Below, piece by piece: positions 18,157 to 28,421 of a stretch of DNA of 62,573 nt. The position numbers and the translations under genes are program-made. Position 1 is the stretch's first letter; each line of letters opens with the position of its first letter. The notes under the pieces were generated by a model, which was given only the letters and a program-made list of their open reading frames with translations, was not told where the DNA came from and did not search any database. The stretch covers positions 1 through 62,573 of the forward strand of contig CALGPO010000063.1 in assembly GCA_937960465.1 (NCBI GenBank), written 5' to 3'. The DNA comes from an uncultured bacterium (GTDB lineage: Bacteria > Nitrospirota > Thermodesulfovibrionia > Thermodesulfovibrionales > Dissulfurispiraceae).

Positions 18157-19299
18157 ATGTTTACTAATATTGTGCAGCCGAACATGAATGGAGTTGGAGG
18201 AACCCCCTTTGCTTCAAATATTCAGGTCAATAATACTAATGGGCAAAATGGTTTTGATGCCGAAAGTTTTATAAAAATCCTTACTGCCATAGTATCTGGA
18301 TTTAACAATACAGCAATGAATTTAGAAGGAGGTTTGTTTGCAAATAATAATTCTCAGACTATTACTGTTGATGACGTATCGGAGGGTTTATTTATAGACA
18401 ATGATGAGCTTGTTGTTGCAGGAGATGGCCTTTCAAGTATCCTGCAGCAGATGATATCACAGATGCAGTTGCTCGGAGTCTCCCAGCCTGTAATTGCCAT
18501 AAATCAGGATAATCAAAAAACAATAGAAGCGCCCAATAATCTAACTTCGCAGATACACGTTAATGTTAACGGCAATACTGCGTTGGTAAATCTCATTATG
18601 AAATCTGAAGACGGGATGCAGAAGGTTGAAGCCCACACAAATACTAATTCTAATGCCAATTTCGATGGAAACGCTTTTGTGCAAGTTAAGGCAATGACTA
18701 ACCATGAACTACAGGTTAGCATGCTGGAGAATAAAATCGATAATCTTCCATCAAGCGGAGCAAAATCGATTGATTCAAAGCAGGCAGCACAACCTGACCT
18801 GCGACTCACAAAGGGACACGAAAATAACTACGATAGAACAATCCTGTCATTAGACTCGTCACTGAATGCTGCATCAAGCCTTTACAATACGTCCTATGCT
18901 AAAAATGATTCGGCAATCGTGGTAAAGGAGCCGATACATGTAAGCAGACTGAATGAGCTTTCTGAGGTAATGGAAAAGACAGTAAAGGCAGGAGATAAGC
19001 ATCTGATAATAAAGCTCGAGCCGCCTGACATGGGAAGCATACAGATAAAGCTGAGGATGGATAATGGTATGCTGAGGGCTGACCTGAAGGTTGACTCTCC
19101 TGCTGTTAAGGATATGTTTTCTATGGCAATCCCTCAGATAAAAACATCTCTGGAGGATTCCGGCATTAAAGTGAGCGATTTCTTTGTTGATGTAAAGGAA
19201 GATTATTATTCAGACAGTGGAAAAAGGCAGCAGGATGATGCAAGCCACCAGAATAAGCATAACAAAAAACAGGAAAACTTTTTCGATTACTTTGCATAG
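18157..19299 (+). CDS. fliK: Hook-length control protein FliK
   Basis: Low-complexity N-terminus, C-terminal KLEPPDMGSIQIKL. Confidence 0.88.
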   Translation: MFTNIVQPNMNGVGGTPFASNIQVNNTNGQNGFDAESFIKILTAIVSGFNNTAMNLEGGLFANNNSQTITVDDVSEGLFIDNDELVVAGDGLSSILQQMISQMQLLGVSQPVIAINQDNQKTIEAPNNLTSQIHVNVNGNTALVNLIMKSEDGMQKVEAHTNTNSNANFDGNAFVQVKAMTNHELQVSMLENKIDNLPSSGAKSIDSKQAAQPDLRLTKGHENNYDRTILSLDSSLNAASSLYNTSYAKNDSAIVVKEPIHVSRLNELSEVMEKTVKAGDKHLIIKLEPPDMGSIQIKLRMDNGMLRADLKVDSPAVKDMFSMAIPQIKTSLEDSGIKVSDFFVDVKEDYYSDSGKRQQDDASHQNKHNKKQENFFDYFA

Positions 19300-19309
19300 G
19301 AGGTAAGGT

Positions 19310-19753
19310 ATGGGATACATGTCGCCAATTTTTAGCAGCACAGAATATACAGGTGTTGCTAATAGTCAGAGCAGTGCCACAAAGAATACAGAACTTGACA
19401 AAAATGCATTTTTAAACCTATTGATAGCACAGCTCAAAAATCAGGACCCGCTTAATCCGATGAAAGATCAGGAGTTTATCGCACAACTGGCAACCTTCAG
19501 CAGCCTGGAGCAAATGGGCAATATGAATAAAAACATGGAAAAGAGTTTTTCTATGGGACTTCTTGGAGCCAGTATAACAGATATAAAAGGCAGCACAGGA
19601 GTAGTCAAGGCTGTTGATATAGACATGAAAGGAGATACATTTTTTACTTTACAGTTGATAGATAATGAAGGCAAATTGACAACTGAAACCAAGGATATTA
19701 AATTCAGTGATATTAAAGAAGTAAGCAAAAGTATGGACATCATTAATCAGTAA
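19310..19753 (+). CDS. flgD: Hook capping protein FlgD
   Basis: FLNLLIAQLKNQDPLNP, AQLATFSSLEQ. Confidence 0.95.
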   Translation: MGYMSPIFSSTEYTGVANSQSSATKNTELDKNAFLNLLIAQLKNQDPLNPMKDQEFIAQLATFSSLEQMGNMNKNMEKSFSMGLLGASITDIKGSTGVVKAVDIDMKGDTFFTLQLIDNEGKLTTETKDIKFSDIKEVSKSMDIINQ

Positions 19754-19774
19754 CCTAAAGGGCAGGAGGTCATT

Positions 19775-21097
19775 GTGGGTTTGCTGTCATCTGTTTTTAC
19801 AAGCGTAAGCGGCCTTATTGCAGCAGGAGATGGTCTTTCTGTAATAGGAAATAATATCGCTAACTTAAACACAACAGGTTTTAAAAGCAGCCGCATGTTG
19901 TTCAGTGAAGTGTATGGCTCAGAGCTTGACAATATAGGCAAGGGAACGAGTCCACATGCAGTTACAACACAGTTTACGCAGGGCGCTGTTTTGAATACCA
20001 GAAATCCACTTGATTTTGCAATTAATGGAGATGGTTTCTTTATTGTAAAAGACAGCAACACTAACAAAGAATATTATACAAGGGCAGGAGAATTTTCCCT
20101 TGATAAAGACAGTATCATAATAAATCCTGATGGACTGAGGCTTCAGGGATACATGGCAGATGGTGCAGGCAATATTGCACAAACCCTGAGCGATATAGAA
20201 ATACTGCCCAAGAATGCTGGTGGCGTACCCATAATGCCCGCGCAAGCAACATCTACAGCCAAGATTCAGATAAACCTCAGCGGAAGCCCCACAGAGCCTA
20301 TTTATTCGGCAGGAACACTCCTCAATCCGTTGGATACATCCAAGGGACCCGCTGCAGGCACATACAACCACAGCATTGCAATGACGGTTTATGACAGCGA
20401 GGGCAATACCCATGCTGTACAAATCTATTTTAAGAAGACGAGTTCTGTTATCGGTGTTGGCTCAACATGGGATGCCCATGTTATATGGAATTCAGGCAAA
20501 ACAATCACTAATTATCGTGAGCAGATAATTCCTAATCTTATATTTGATACAAATGGAAATATGACAAGTCCGGTTGGAACTTCAAGTGTTAATCTGATAT
20601 GGGATGCGGATGACTGGGATGGCGATATTTCTACCCCACCGACAACGCCTGCTGCTCAGACGATTGCTATAGATTTTACTGGCTCAACCCAGTACGGCTC
20701 TCCGTATTCTACTGTATTTCAGGCTGTAAATGGCTATCCAGAGGGAGGGCTCAATAACTTTAAACTGGATAAAGACGGCATACTTTATGGTCTATATTCA
20801 AACGGAAGAGACAAAAAACTTGCCCAGCTTGTCCTGGCAAAGTTTGCAGCACCAACAGAGCTTGACAAGGTCGGGAGCAATTTGTTTGCTGAAACTTATT
20901 GGTCTGGGAAGAGAATAGAAGTCACAGCAGGCTCAAAAGGCGGTGGAAATATATTTGCAAATTCTGTTGAGACAAGTAATGTTGATCTTGCAGAAGAGTT
21001 TATCACGATGATAATGCTGCAGAAGGCATATAATGCCAATAGTGTGGCATTGTCCACATCGCTTGAGATGCTGAAGAGTTGGGATAATATTATTTGA
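19775..21097 (+). CDS. flgE: Flagellar hook protein FlgE, paralog 1
   Basis: GNNIANLNTTGFK, YTRAGEF, ETSNVDLAEEF. Confidence 0.9.
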   Translation: MGLLSSVFTSVSGLIAAGDGLSVIGNNIANLNTTGFKSSRMLFSEVYGSELDNIGKGTSPHAVTTQFTQGAVLNTRNPLDFAINGDGFFIVKDSNTNKEYYTRAGEFSLDKDSIIINPDGLRLQGYMADGAGNIAQTLSDIEILPKNAGGVPIMPAQATSTAKIQINLSGSPTEPIYSAGTLLNPLDTSKGPAAGTYNHSIAMTVYDSEGNTHAVQIYFKKTSSVIGVGSTWDAHVIWNSGKTITNYREQIIPNLIFDTNGNMTSPVGTSSVNLIWDADDWDGDISTPPTTPAAQTIAIDFTGSTQYGSPYSTVFQAVNGYPEGGLNNFKLDKDGILYGLYSNGRDKKLAQLVLAKFAAPTELDKVGSNLFAETYWSGKRIEVTAGSKGGGNIFANSVETSNVDLAEEFITMIMLQKAYNANSVALSTSLEMLKSWDNII

Positions 21098-21125
21098 ACT
21101 TTGATTAATTAAGGAGGGTTTAGTC

Positions 21126-22814
21126 ATGGGAATGTTGACATCGCTTTTTACAGGCGTTAGCGGTCTTAGCGCAAACGGACAGGGATTGTCCGTTGTTGGT
21201 GACAATATCGCCAATTCGAACACTGTAGGATTTAAAGGCAGCAGGACGGTCTTTGCGGATATCCTGAGTTCTTCTCTTGGCGGCGGTTCTGCCTTTCAGG
21301 TAGGAAGGGGCTCTTTTATTCAGAATGTCCAGGCTGTATTCGGCCAGGGTACGCTTGAGACCTCTTCAAATCCTCTTGATATGGCAATTGAAGGAGACGG
21401 ATTTTTTATTCTAAAGGATACATCAGGTGCCCAGTATTACACGAGGGCTGGACAATTTACTCTTGATAAAGACGGTAATATAGTTAATCCAGAAGGACTC
21501 TTACTGCAGGGGAAATTATTAACAGGGACACAGGCAGGTCAGGTAAGCACCATAAATGTGGCATCCCTGAACAGCCCGCCGAATCAGACAAGTAGTGTTA
21601 CAATAGCTACAAACTTGAATTCTGCTACTTCTGCAAAGAATCCTCTCAGCCTCCCTGCCGATTCTTTTACTATCGATGCCTCAAATCAGACCCTTGTGGT
21701 CCGCATAGGATTAACAGATTATACCGTAAGTGTTGCAACAGGTACTTATGATGGCGCTGGACTTGCGACAGCAATTCAAACTGCTCTGAATGCGGCACCT
21801 ATACCCGTGGGTGATCGTGATTTTACTGTGACTTATACTCCTGGTACCGATAATAGGCCCCCAAAATTTGTAATATCAAAAACTGCTGGTACTTTTACTC
21901 CTGAGTGGGGAGGTACAACTACGACAATCGAACAAATTCTTGGTTTTAGATCTACCACCCCTTCAGCGGCAGCGACTTCTTTCGAAGCAGACTATGTTGC
22001 AGTTGGCTTTGACCCCAATAAGGCTTCCACTACATCTGATTTTTCTACATCCATCACTGTTTATGACTCTCTCGGTTACGGTCATTTAGTTACTGTCTAT
22101 TTCAGGAAGACCGCTGAATCTGTGGACCTTGATGGTATTGGAGTGGGGGATGACACCACAGGAAACAGATGGCATTGGTATGCTGTTGTTCAGTCATCAG
22201 ATAGCACACAGGGGCAGGTACAGGTTGGAGCACAGGGTTATCTTGAGTTTGATACTGATGGAAGACTTGTAAGGGATGTTCAGGAGTATGGAGGTTCGCC
22301 TGGTGCTTTTGATTTTACAGGTGGTGTTACACAGGCACAGGCAATAAGTTTTGACTTTGGAACTGGCACAGCAGCAGGTGGAAGCGGAAGGGATAAAACA
22401 ACACAATACGGTTCTGCAAATTCTGTTATATTCCAGACCCAGGATGGCTATGCATCAGGCAGCCTAAAAAGTCTTATTGTCGATAATACAGGCACGATGG
22501 TTGGAGCATTCACTAATGGACAGACACTGAGGATTGCAGAGATTTATCTTGCGAGGTTTATAGCCCCTACTATGCTTACAAAGCAGGGTAGAAATCTTTT
22601 TACTGAATCAGCAGCCTCAGGCAGTGCGATAATAGGTTCTCCTAATACATCTGGAAGGGGTAGGGTTATGGCAAGCTCCCTCGAAACATCCAATGTTGAC
22701 CTTGCAGAGGAGTTTGTTAGGATGATTGCATTCCAGCGTGGCTTCCAGGCAAATACGAGAGTCATTACAACTACAGATGATATGCTGACAGAATTGATGA
22801 ATATCAAGAGATAA
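21126..22814 (+). CDS. flgE: Flagellar hook protein FlgE, paralog 2 (longer)
   Basis: GDNIANSNTVGFK, LETSNVDLAEEF, QRGFQAN. Confidence 0.92.
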   Translation: MGMLTSLFTGVSGLSANGQGLSVVGDNIANSNTVGFKGSRTVFADILSSSLGGGSAFQVGRGSFIQNVQAVFGQGTLETSSNPLDMAIEGDGFFILKDTSGAQYYTRAGQFTLDKDGNIVNPEGLLLQGKLLTGTQAGQVSTINVASLNSPPNQTSSVTIATNLNSATSAKNPLSLPADSFTIDASNQTLVVRIGLTDYTVSVATGTYDGAGLATAIQTALNAAPIPVGDRDFTVTYTPGTDNRPPKFVISKTAGTFTPEWGGTTTTIEQILGFRSTTPSAAATSFEADYVAVGFDPNKASTTSDFSTSITVYDSLGYGHLVTVYFRKTAESVDLDGIGVGDDTTGNRWHWYAVVQSSDSTQGQVQVGAQGYLEFDTDGRLVRDVQEYGGSPGAFDFTGGVTQAQAISFDFGTGTAAGGSGRDKTTQYGSANSVIFQTQDGYASGSLKSLIVDNTGTMVGAFTNGQTLRIAEIYLARFIAPTMLTKQGRNLFTESAASGSAIIGSPNTSGRGRVMASSLETSNVDLAEEFVRMIAFQRGFQANTRVITTTDDMLTELMNIKR

Positions 22815-22916
22815 AATTAGCGCATAACTCATGGTCTTTAAATAAGCATCCATGAGCTAAGGGCTTGATAATAGTTGACACTTTGACGATTAGTTCCCAA
22901 ATAAAAGGAATTAGCC

Positions 22917-22987
22917 GTCATTTTTTTGACCTTTCTTTGCAGAATCAGTTATAATTCAATCAGTTAATCTCTGGCACAATTTGTGCC
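22917..22987 (+). promoter_or_regulatory. GTCA-N6-TGAC box (22917-22930) plus sigma54 promoter (22972-22987) for fliL-Q
   Basis: GTCATTTTTTTGAC; TGGCAC-AATTT-GTGCC. Confidence 0.65.
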
Positions 22988-23017
22988 TACTATCTCACAG
23001 CTCATAGCAAAATATTA

Positions 23018-23090
23018 TCTAAGTTGAGCGATTTTGTAAGACAGGCCTGCCTGTGCGTTGCACGCAGACAGGCACTGCTACAAGACTTTA
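23018..23090. mobile_element. Family B end with the 27-bp palindrome (23046-23072)
   Basis: TCTAAGTTGAGCGATTTTGTAAGACAGG...CAAGACTTT. Confidence 0.75.
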
Positions 23091-23117
23091 AAAAGTGCTT
23101 GTTCATGTGTATATAAA

Positions 23118-23334
23118 ACTTTAATGTTGCATAGACAGCAAGGACTAACATGCTTCAAAGCCTTTACAAGCGACAGGAAACCGTATTTATGCAAAGTATA
23201 AATGTTTTAACAGAGAGTTGAATCCAATGCTGAATACGATATGGTGGTATGAAAATCTTATAAGGTGTCGCAGGCAAAGTCTTTTACGCATGTTAGTCCT
23301 TGCTGTAACCTTTGATTTTATGCAACTGTAAGGA
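23118..23334 (+). mobile_element. Family A MITE-like element, copy 2
   Basis: 217 bp, near-identical to 4477-4693. Confidence 0.88.
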
Positions 23335-23433
23335 AAAGATGACGGATGCATCATCCATATTTAGTTTTGAAAATCTGGATGTCTTTCAAAAGGCAATTGA
23401 ATTTGCAAATATTACTAAACGCGGAGGTATTTT

Positions 23434-23925
23434 ATGGTTGATGAGAAGGAAGAAAAATTAGAAGGCGAAGAAGAAGGCCAGAAGCCAAAAAAGAAAAAAG
23501 GGAAGAATTTGATCTTGATTATCATTATTGCAGTTGCTGTCATTGCTGGTGGTGCAGGTGCATTCTTGTTTTTCACAAAATCAGGTGACAAGGCAGAGAA
23601 AAAAGAGGAGAAAAAGGTTGAAGAAGGAGTAACATTTGCACTTGAGCCATTTGTTGTTAACCTAAGCGATCCGACAGGGACGAGGTTTTTAAAGGTATCT
23701 TTGCAGCTTGAACTTGCCGGGCCCGCTGTTATGGAAAAGGCAAAGACAAAGACACCGCAGATAAGGGATGCGATTATCACACTCCTTACAAGCAAAACAT
23801 CTGATGCCCTTATCTCCCCTGAGGGCAAACTGCAGCTTAAGGACGAGATAAATATAAGGATTAACCAGGTGCTTGGAGAGAACTCGGTAAAAAATGTATA
23901 TCTAACAGACTTTGTAATGCAGTAA
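23434..23925 (+). CDS. fliL: FliL
   Basis: N-terminal TM, LEPFVVNL, IRDAIITLL, VYLTDFVMQ. Confidence 0.94.
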   Translation: MVDEKEEKLEGEEEGQKPKKKKGKNLILIIIIAVAVIAGGAGAFLFFTKSGDKAEKKEEKKVEEGVTFALEPFVVNLSDPTGTRFLKVSLQLELAGPAVMEKAKTKTPQIRDAIITLLTSKTSDALISPEGKLQLKDEINIRINQVLGENSVKNVYLTDFVMQ

Positions 23926-23990
23926 ATGGGTAAATGGGTGAATGGGTGAATGGGTGAATGGGTAAATGGGTGAATGGGTGAAGGAGTAAA
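23924..23990 (+). repeat. Octamer array (AATGGGTG)n between fliL and fliM
   Basis: 7 GGG runs with an 8-bp period; the last unit contains the AAGGAG RBS. Confidence 0.92.
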
Positions 23991-24965
23991 ATGGAAGATA
24001 TTCTTTCGCAAGAAGAAGTTGATGCGCTGCTAAAAGGAATAGCAGAAGGCGCTGTAGAGACTGAGAAGGTAGAAGAGGTCTCAGGTATAAAGCCCTATGA
24101 CTTTACAAGTCAAGAAAAAATCGTCAGGGGTAGAATGCCCTCCCTCGACATCGCGAACGAAAGGCTCGCCAGAAACTTCCGCCTGTCTTTATCTGCTGCG
24201 ATCAGGCGCATGGTTGATGTAACCAATGTGAATGTCAATATTACGAAGTTTTATGACTTTATGCGCGGTGTTCCTTTTCCATCGAGTATAAATGTCTTCA
24301 GGATGGAGCCGCTGAGGGGCTTTGGCCTTCTTGTGTTCGATGCACCGATGATATTCAGCCTCATTGAATTTTTCTTCGGCGGCACAGGCAAGGGCTATTA
24401 CAAGCCTGAAGGCAGGGAGTTCACCCCTATAGAGCAGAAGATAATACACAAAGTGGTGCTGATGTTCTTCAATGACATGGAAGAAGCATGGAAACCCATC
24501 TATCCGGTAGTACCCACGTATGTGCGCTCCGAGATGAACCCGCAGTTTGTTACTATTGTGACCCCTGTGGATGTGGTGATAAAGGTTGAATTTGTCCTTG
24601 AGATCGAGGGTAAGCAGTGTCGGGCACTTCTCTGCATACCATATGGAACAGTAGAACCGATAAAAGAAAAACTTTACAGTGCATTTTCTGCTGACAGGGA
24701 TGAACTGGACATAAAGTGGCTCGAGAGATTAAAAGAGAGGCTGAAAGAGATCCCTGTAACTGTAACAGGCAGGCTTGGAGATGCAAGGGTTACTGTCCAG
24801 GATGTTCTTGATATGAAGGTATCAGATGTAATAATCCTCAATCAGAGGGTGGACGAAGATATCAATATACTTATCGAGGGAACCCAGAAATTTAAGGGAA
24901 GATTCGGGGTTTATAAAGGCTCGTATGCATTAAAAATAACAAAGGTAATAGCTCATGGTTCATAG
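23991..24965 (+). CDS. fliM: FliM
   Basis: ILSQEEVDALL, YDF, FFGG.G. Confidence 0.96.
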   Translation: MEDILSQEEVDALLKGIAEGAVETEKVEEVSGIKPYDFTSQEKIVRGRMPSLDIANERLARNFRLSLSAAIRRMVDVTNVNVNITKFYDFMRGVPFPSSINVFRMEPLRGFGLLVFDAPMIFSLIEFFFGGTGKGYYKPEGREFTPIEQKIIHKVVLMFFNDMEEAWKPIYPVVPTYVRSEMNPQFVTIVTPVDVVIKVEFVLEIEGKQCRALLCIPYGTVEPIKEKLYSAFSADRDELDIKWLERLKERLKEIPVTVTGRLGDARVTVQDVLDMKVSDVIILNQRVDEDINILIEGTQKFKGRFGVYKGSYALKITKVIAHGS

Positions 24966-25031
24966 CTCATGGCAAAAGACTAAAGACTATGGGCTATCAG
25001 TTATGAGCTAAGAGCTAAACTGGAGGTTAAA

Positions 25032-25361
25032 ATGGCAGACGAAGTAAAAAATTTGGATGTACAGGAATTTCAGGGAGAGGCACAGTCGCCTCAGGTTTCC
25101 CAGAGGGATATAAATTTTATTCTTGATGTCCCCCTTGAGCTGACCGTTGTTATCGGCAGGACAAAGATACTCGTTCAGGAACTGCTTCAGCTCGGTCAGG
25201 GATCTGTTATCGCCCTCGAAAAACTGGCAGGCGAGCCTATGGAGGTATATGTTAATGACAGGCTTATCGGCAGGGGGGAGGTTGTTGTTGTGAACGAGAA
25301 ATTCGGTATCAGACTCACTGACATTATAAGTCCGACTGAAAGAGTGAGGCAGTTGAGGTAG
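25032..25361 (+). CDS. fliN: FliN
   Basis: ILDVPLELTV, GEVVVVNEKFGIR. Confidence 0.96.
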   Translation: MADEVKNLDVQEFQGEAQSPQVSQRDINFILDVPLELTVVIGRTKILVQELLQLGQGSVIALEKLAGEPMEVYVNDRLIGRGEVVVVNEKFGIRLTDIISPTERVRQLR

Positions 25362-25364
25362 TTA

Positions 25365-26414
25365 ATGGGACTTGAGTTAATTAAAGTTACAGTTGCACTG
25401 CTGATTGTTCTCGGCGGTCTGTATTTACTCCTCAGATTTCTGAAACAGAGGGTTTTACCAAATAAAGGATTGATAGAGATTGTCCAATATCAGCCTTTTG
25501 GCCCTAAAAAAGGAGTGGCAATTGTTAAGGTTTTAAAGGAATACCTTGTTCTGGGAATTGCTGATGAAAGCATATCCCTTCTGAGCAAGCCTAACCCATC
25601 GGATGTGGAAGAAGCGGTGAAACAACAGATAGAAGTCAGGAGTCAGAAGTCAGAAGTCAGAATAAGAGATTTATTAAAGAGAAGCAAGTTTTTTATCTTT
25701 CTCTGTGCTCTATCTTTTGTGTTCTGTGTTCTATCTTCTCCTGTTTTTGCTGCACCAGCGCCTCCTCCGCCTGCCGGAGGATTCCTTGGTTTAACCACCC
25801 CTCTTGAATTGCTCTTATTCCTCACACTGCTCTCCATATTGCCTGCAATCCTTGTCATGACCACATGCTTTACAAGAATTGTTGTTGTCCTTTCCTTTCT
25901 CAGGCAGGCGCTTGGAACCCCGCAGGTTCCTCCTACACAGGTAGTAATCGGTCTGTCCCTCTTCATTACCCTTTTTGTTATGTCACCTGTTGTGGACAGG
26001 ATTTACGCTGATGCCTACCAGCCTTATACAAAAAAGGAGATAAATGCAGAAGAAGCCCTTAACAGGGCAGGAGTTCCGTTGAAGGAATTTATGCTGAAGC
26101 AGACCAGGGAAAAAGACCTTGCGCTTTTTTTAAAAATGTCAAAATCTGAAAGGCCTGCAACACCCATGGATCTGCCGATGAGGGTTGTTATTCCTGCCTT
26201 TGCCATTGGCGAGCTTAAAAAGGCATTTGAGATAGGCTTTCTTATATTTCTGCCCTTTTTAGTTATTGATATGGTTGTTGCCAGTGTGCTCCTCTCAATG
26301 GGTATGATGATGCTTCCTCCTATTATGGTCTCAATGCCTTTTAAATTGCTCCTGTTCGTCCTTGTTGATGGATGGGATTTGTTGATAGGCTCGCTTATCA
26401 GAGGATTCAAATGA
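25365..26414 (+). CDS. fliP: Fused FliO-FliP export protein
   Basis: N-terminal FliO-like TM plus PKKGVAIVKV..EYLVLG; C-terminal FliP MTTCFTRI, PFKLLLFVLVDGW. Confidence 0.88.
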   Translation: MGLELIKVTVALLIVLGGLYLLLRFLKQRVLPNKGLIEIVQYQPFGPKKGVAIVKVLKEYLVLGIADESISLLSKPNPSDVEEAVKQQIEVRSQKSEVRIRDLLKRSKFFIFLCALSFVFCVLSSPVFAAPAPPPPAGGFLGLTTPLELLLFLTLLSILPAILVMTTCFTRIVVVLSFLRQALGTPQVPPTQVVIGLSLFITLFVMSPVVDRIYADAYQPYTKKEINAEEALNRAGVPLKEFMLKQTREKDLALFLKMSKSERPATPMDLPMRVVIPAFAIGELKKAFEIGFLIFLPFLVIDMVVASVLLSMGMMMLPPIMVSMPFKLLLFVLVDGWDLLIGSLIRGFK

Positions 26415-26680
26415 CAACTGAATTATTAAATCAGGTCTCGAGGCAGACATTTGAGACAATATTGCTTGTCGGCGGGCCTGTATTGTTGGTCAGCCTTATA
26501 GTTGGAGTGCTGATAAGTATTTTCCAGGCAATAACGCAGCTTCAGGAAATGACGATGACCTTTGTGCCGAAGATAATAGCTGTTTTCATTACCCTGCTCG
26601 TTGCGCTGCCGTGGATGGTTAAGGTGCTGGTTGGATTTACAAGAAGCATATTCGAGAATATACCAATGTATGTGAGGTGA
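26411..26680 (+). CDS. fliQ: FliQ
   Basis: FQAITQLQEMTMTFVPK; ATG overlaps the fliP stop (ATGA). Confidence 0.95.
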   Translation: MTTELLNQVSRQTFETILLVGGPVLLVSLIVGVLISIFQAITQLQEMTMTFVPKIIAVFITLLVALPWMVKVLVGFTRSIFENIPMYVR

Positions 26681-26683
26681 ATA

Positions 26684-26900
26684 ACCTTAATGTTGCGTAG
26701 ACAGCAAGGACTAACATGCTTCAAAGCCTTTACAAGCGACAGGAAACCGTATTCATGCAGAATATAAATGTTTTAACAGAGGGTTGAATCCAATGCTGAA
26801 TACGATATGGTGGTATGAAAATCTTATAAGGTGTCGCAGGCAAAGTCTTTTACGCATGTTAGTCCTTGCTATAACCTTTGATTTTATGCAACTGTAAGGT
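26684..26900 (+). mobile_element. Family A MITE-like element, copy 3
   Basis: 217 bp; occupies nearly the whole fliQ-trpE gap. Confidence 0.88.
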
Positions 26901-26905
26901 AAAAA

Positions 26906-28411
26906 ATGAATTTGAATTTCAATGAATTTAAAGAGTTAGCCAGACAGGGCAACCTGATCCCTGTCTACAAAGAGATACCAGGGGATGTAGAGACCCCTGT
27001 AAGCGCCTTTCTCAAGCTGAATAAAAAACCGTCGTTTCTCCTCGAAAGCGTTGTGGGCGGCGAAAAATGGGCGAGATACTCATTCATAGGCATAGAGCCT
27101 TCGATGACCATAACATGCAGGGGCAAAAAGACAGAAGTCAGGAGTCAGAAGTCAGAAGTCAGAATAGAAACTGCGGAAGACCCTCTTAATGTTATTAAAA
27201 ATATCCTTTCCGGATTTAGACCTGTTGATACAAAAGGACTTCCGAGGTTTTCAGGCGGGCTCGTCGGATACATAGGATACGATGTCGTGAAGTTCTTTGA
27301 GAGGGTTCCTGACAAACCGAAGCCGGAGATCGACATGCCTGATATATTCCTCATGCTTGCTGATACAGTCCTCGTATTCGACAATCTCAGGCAAACGATA
27401 AAGATTCTGTGCAACACACATACAGAAGGAAGGAATATTAAAGAAGCATATGAAGAGGCAGAGGCAAAGATAGATAAAATCATAGACGAGTTAATTCAGG
27501 GGGCATATTCCCCAGCACCTATTGCCCATAGGCTATCGCCTCTTGCTCAAACAGAAAACTTTTCTTCCAATTTTACAAAGGAAAGTTTTCTGAATGCCGT
27601 TGAAAAGGCAAAAGAGTATGTAATGTCAGGAGATGTCGTGCAGGTAGTCCTGTCACAGAGGTTCGAGAAACAGACAAGCGCATCTCCCTTTGACATTTAC
27701 CGCTCACTCAGGATAATAAACCCTTCGCCGTATATGTATTACCTCGATACAGGAGAATCACAGATTGTTGGCTCTTCCCCAGAAATCCTTGTAAGACTTG
27801 AAGGCGATAAGATAACTCTAAGACCAATTGCAGGCACAAGGAAAAGAGGGGAGACCGAAGAAGAGGATAATGCCCTTGAAGAGGATTTGAAAAAAGACCC
27901 GAAGGAAATCGCAGAGCATATAATGCTCGTTGACCTCGGCAGGAATGACGTGGGAAGAGTTGCAGAGATAGGCTCTGTAAGGGTTACAGAGTTGATGACC
28001 GTAGAGCGTTACAGCCATGTGATGCACATGGTCTCGAATGTGGAAGGCAGGCTCAAGAAGGGGCTCGATGCCTTTGATGTATTCAGGGCCTGTTTCCCTG
28101 CCGGCACCGTGTCAGGAGCGCCTAAGGTCAGGGCAATGGAGATCATAGAAGAACTTGAACCCACAAAGAGAGGGGCATATGCAGGGGCAGTGGGATATTT
28201 CGGGTATTCAGGCAATATGGATACATGCATCACGATAAGGACGCTTGTTATAAAAGATGGCAAGGTATATGTTCAGGCAGGAGCAGGCATAGTTGCCGAT
28301 TCTGTGCCTGAGAATGAATACATGGAGACATTAAACAAGGCAATGGCAATGATGAAGGCAGTGGAGCACGCAAGCGGGATTTCCCTTCGAAAAACCCCTG
28401 AAAGGAATTAA
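26906..28411 (+). CDS. trpE: Anthranilate synthase component I
   Basis: [31 protein letters not shown]. Confidence 0.96.
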   Translation: MNLNFNEFKELARQGNLIPVYKEIPGDVETPVSAFLKLNKKPSFLLESVVGGEKWARYSFIGIEPSMTITCRGKKTEVRSQKSEVRIETAEDPLNVIKNILSGFRPVDTKGLPRFSGGLVGYIGYDVVKFFERVPDKPKPEIDMPDIFLMLADTVLVFDNLRQTIKILCNTHTEGRNIKEAYEEAEAKIDKIIDELIQGAYSPAPIAHRLSPLAQTENFSSNFTKESFLNAVEKAKEYVMSGDVVQVVLSQRFEKQTSASPFDIYRSLRIINPSPYMYYLDTGESQIVGSSPEILVRLEGDKITLRPIAGTRKRGETEEEDNALEEDLKKDPKEIAEHIMLVDLGRNDVGRVAEIGSVRVTELMTVERYSHVMHMVSNVEGRLKKGLDAFDVFRACFPAGTVSGAPKVRAMEIIEELEPTKRGAYAGAVGYFGYSGNMDTCITIRTLVIKDGKVYVQAGAGIVADSVPENEYMETLNKAMAMMKAVEHASGISLRKTPERN

Positions 28412-28421
28412 GGGAGGCAAT

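Noticed and set aside
23391-23407. sigma54 promoter just upstream of fliL
   Set aside because: GG-to-GC spacing is 11 nt rather than the required 10
23415-24011. 198-aa antisense ORF with HPFTHSP repeats, and similarly 60564-60791
   Set aside because: Shadow of fliL plus the stop-free octamer array
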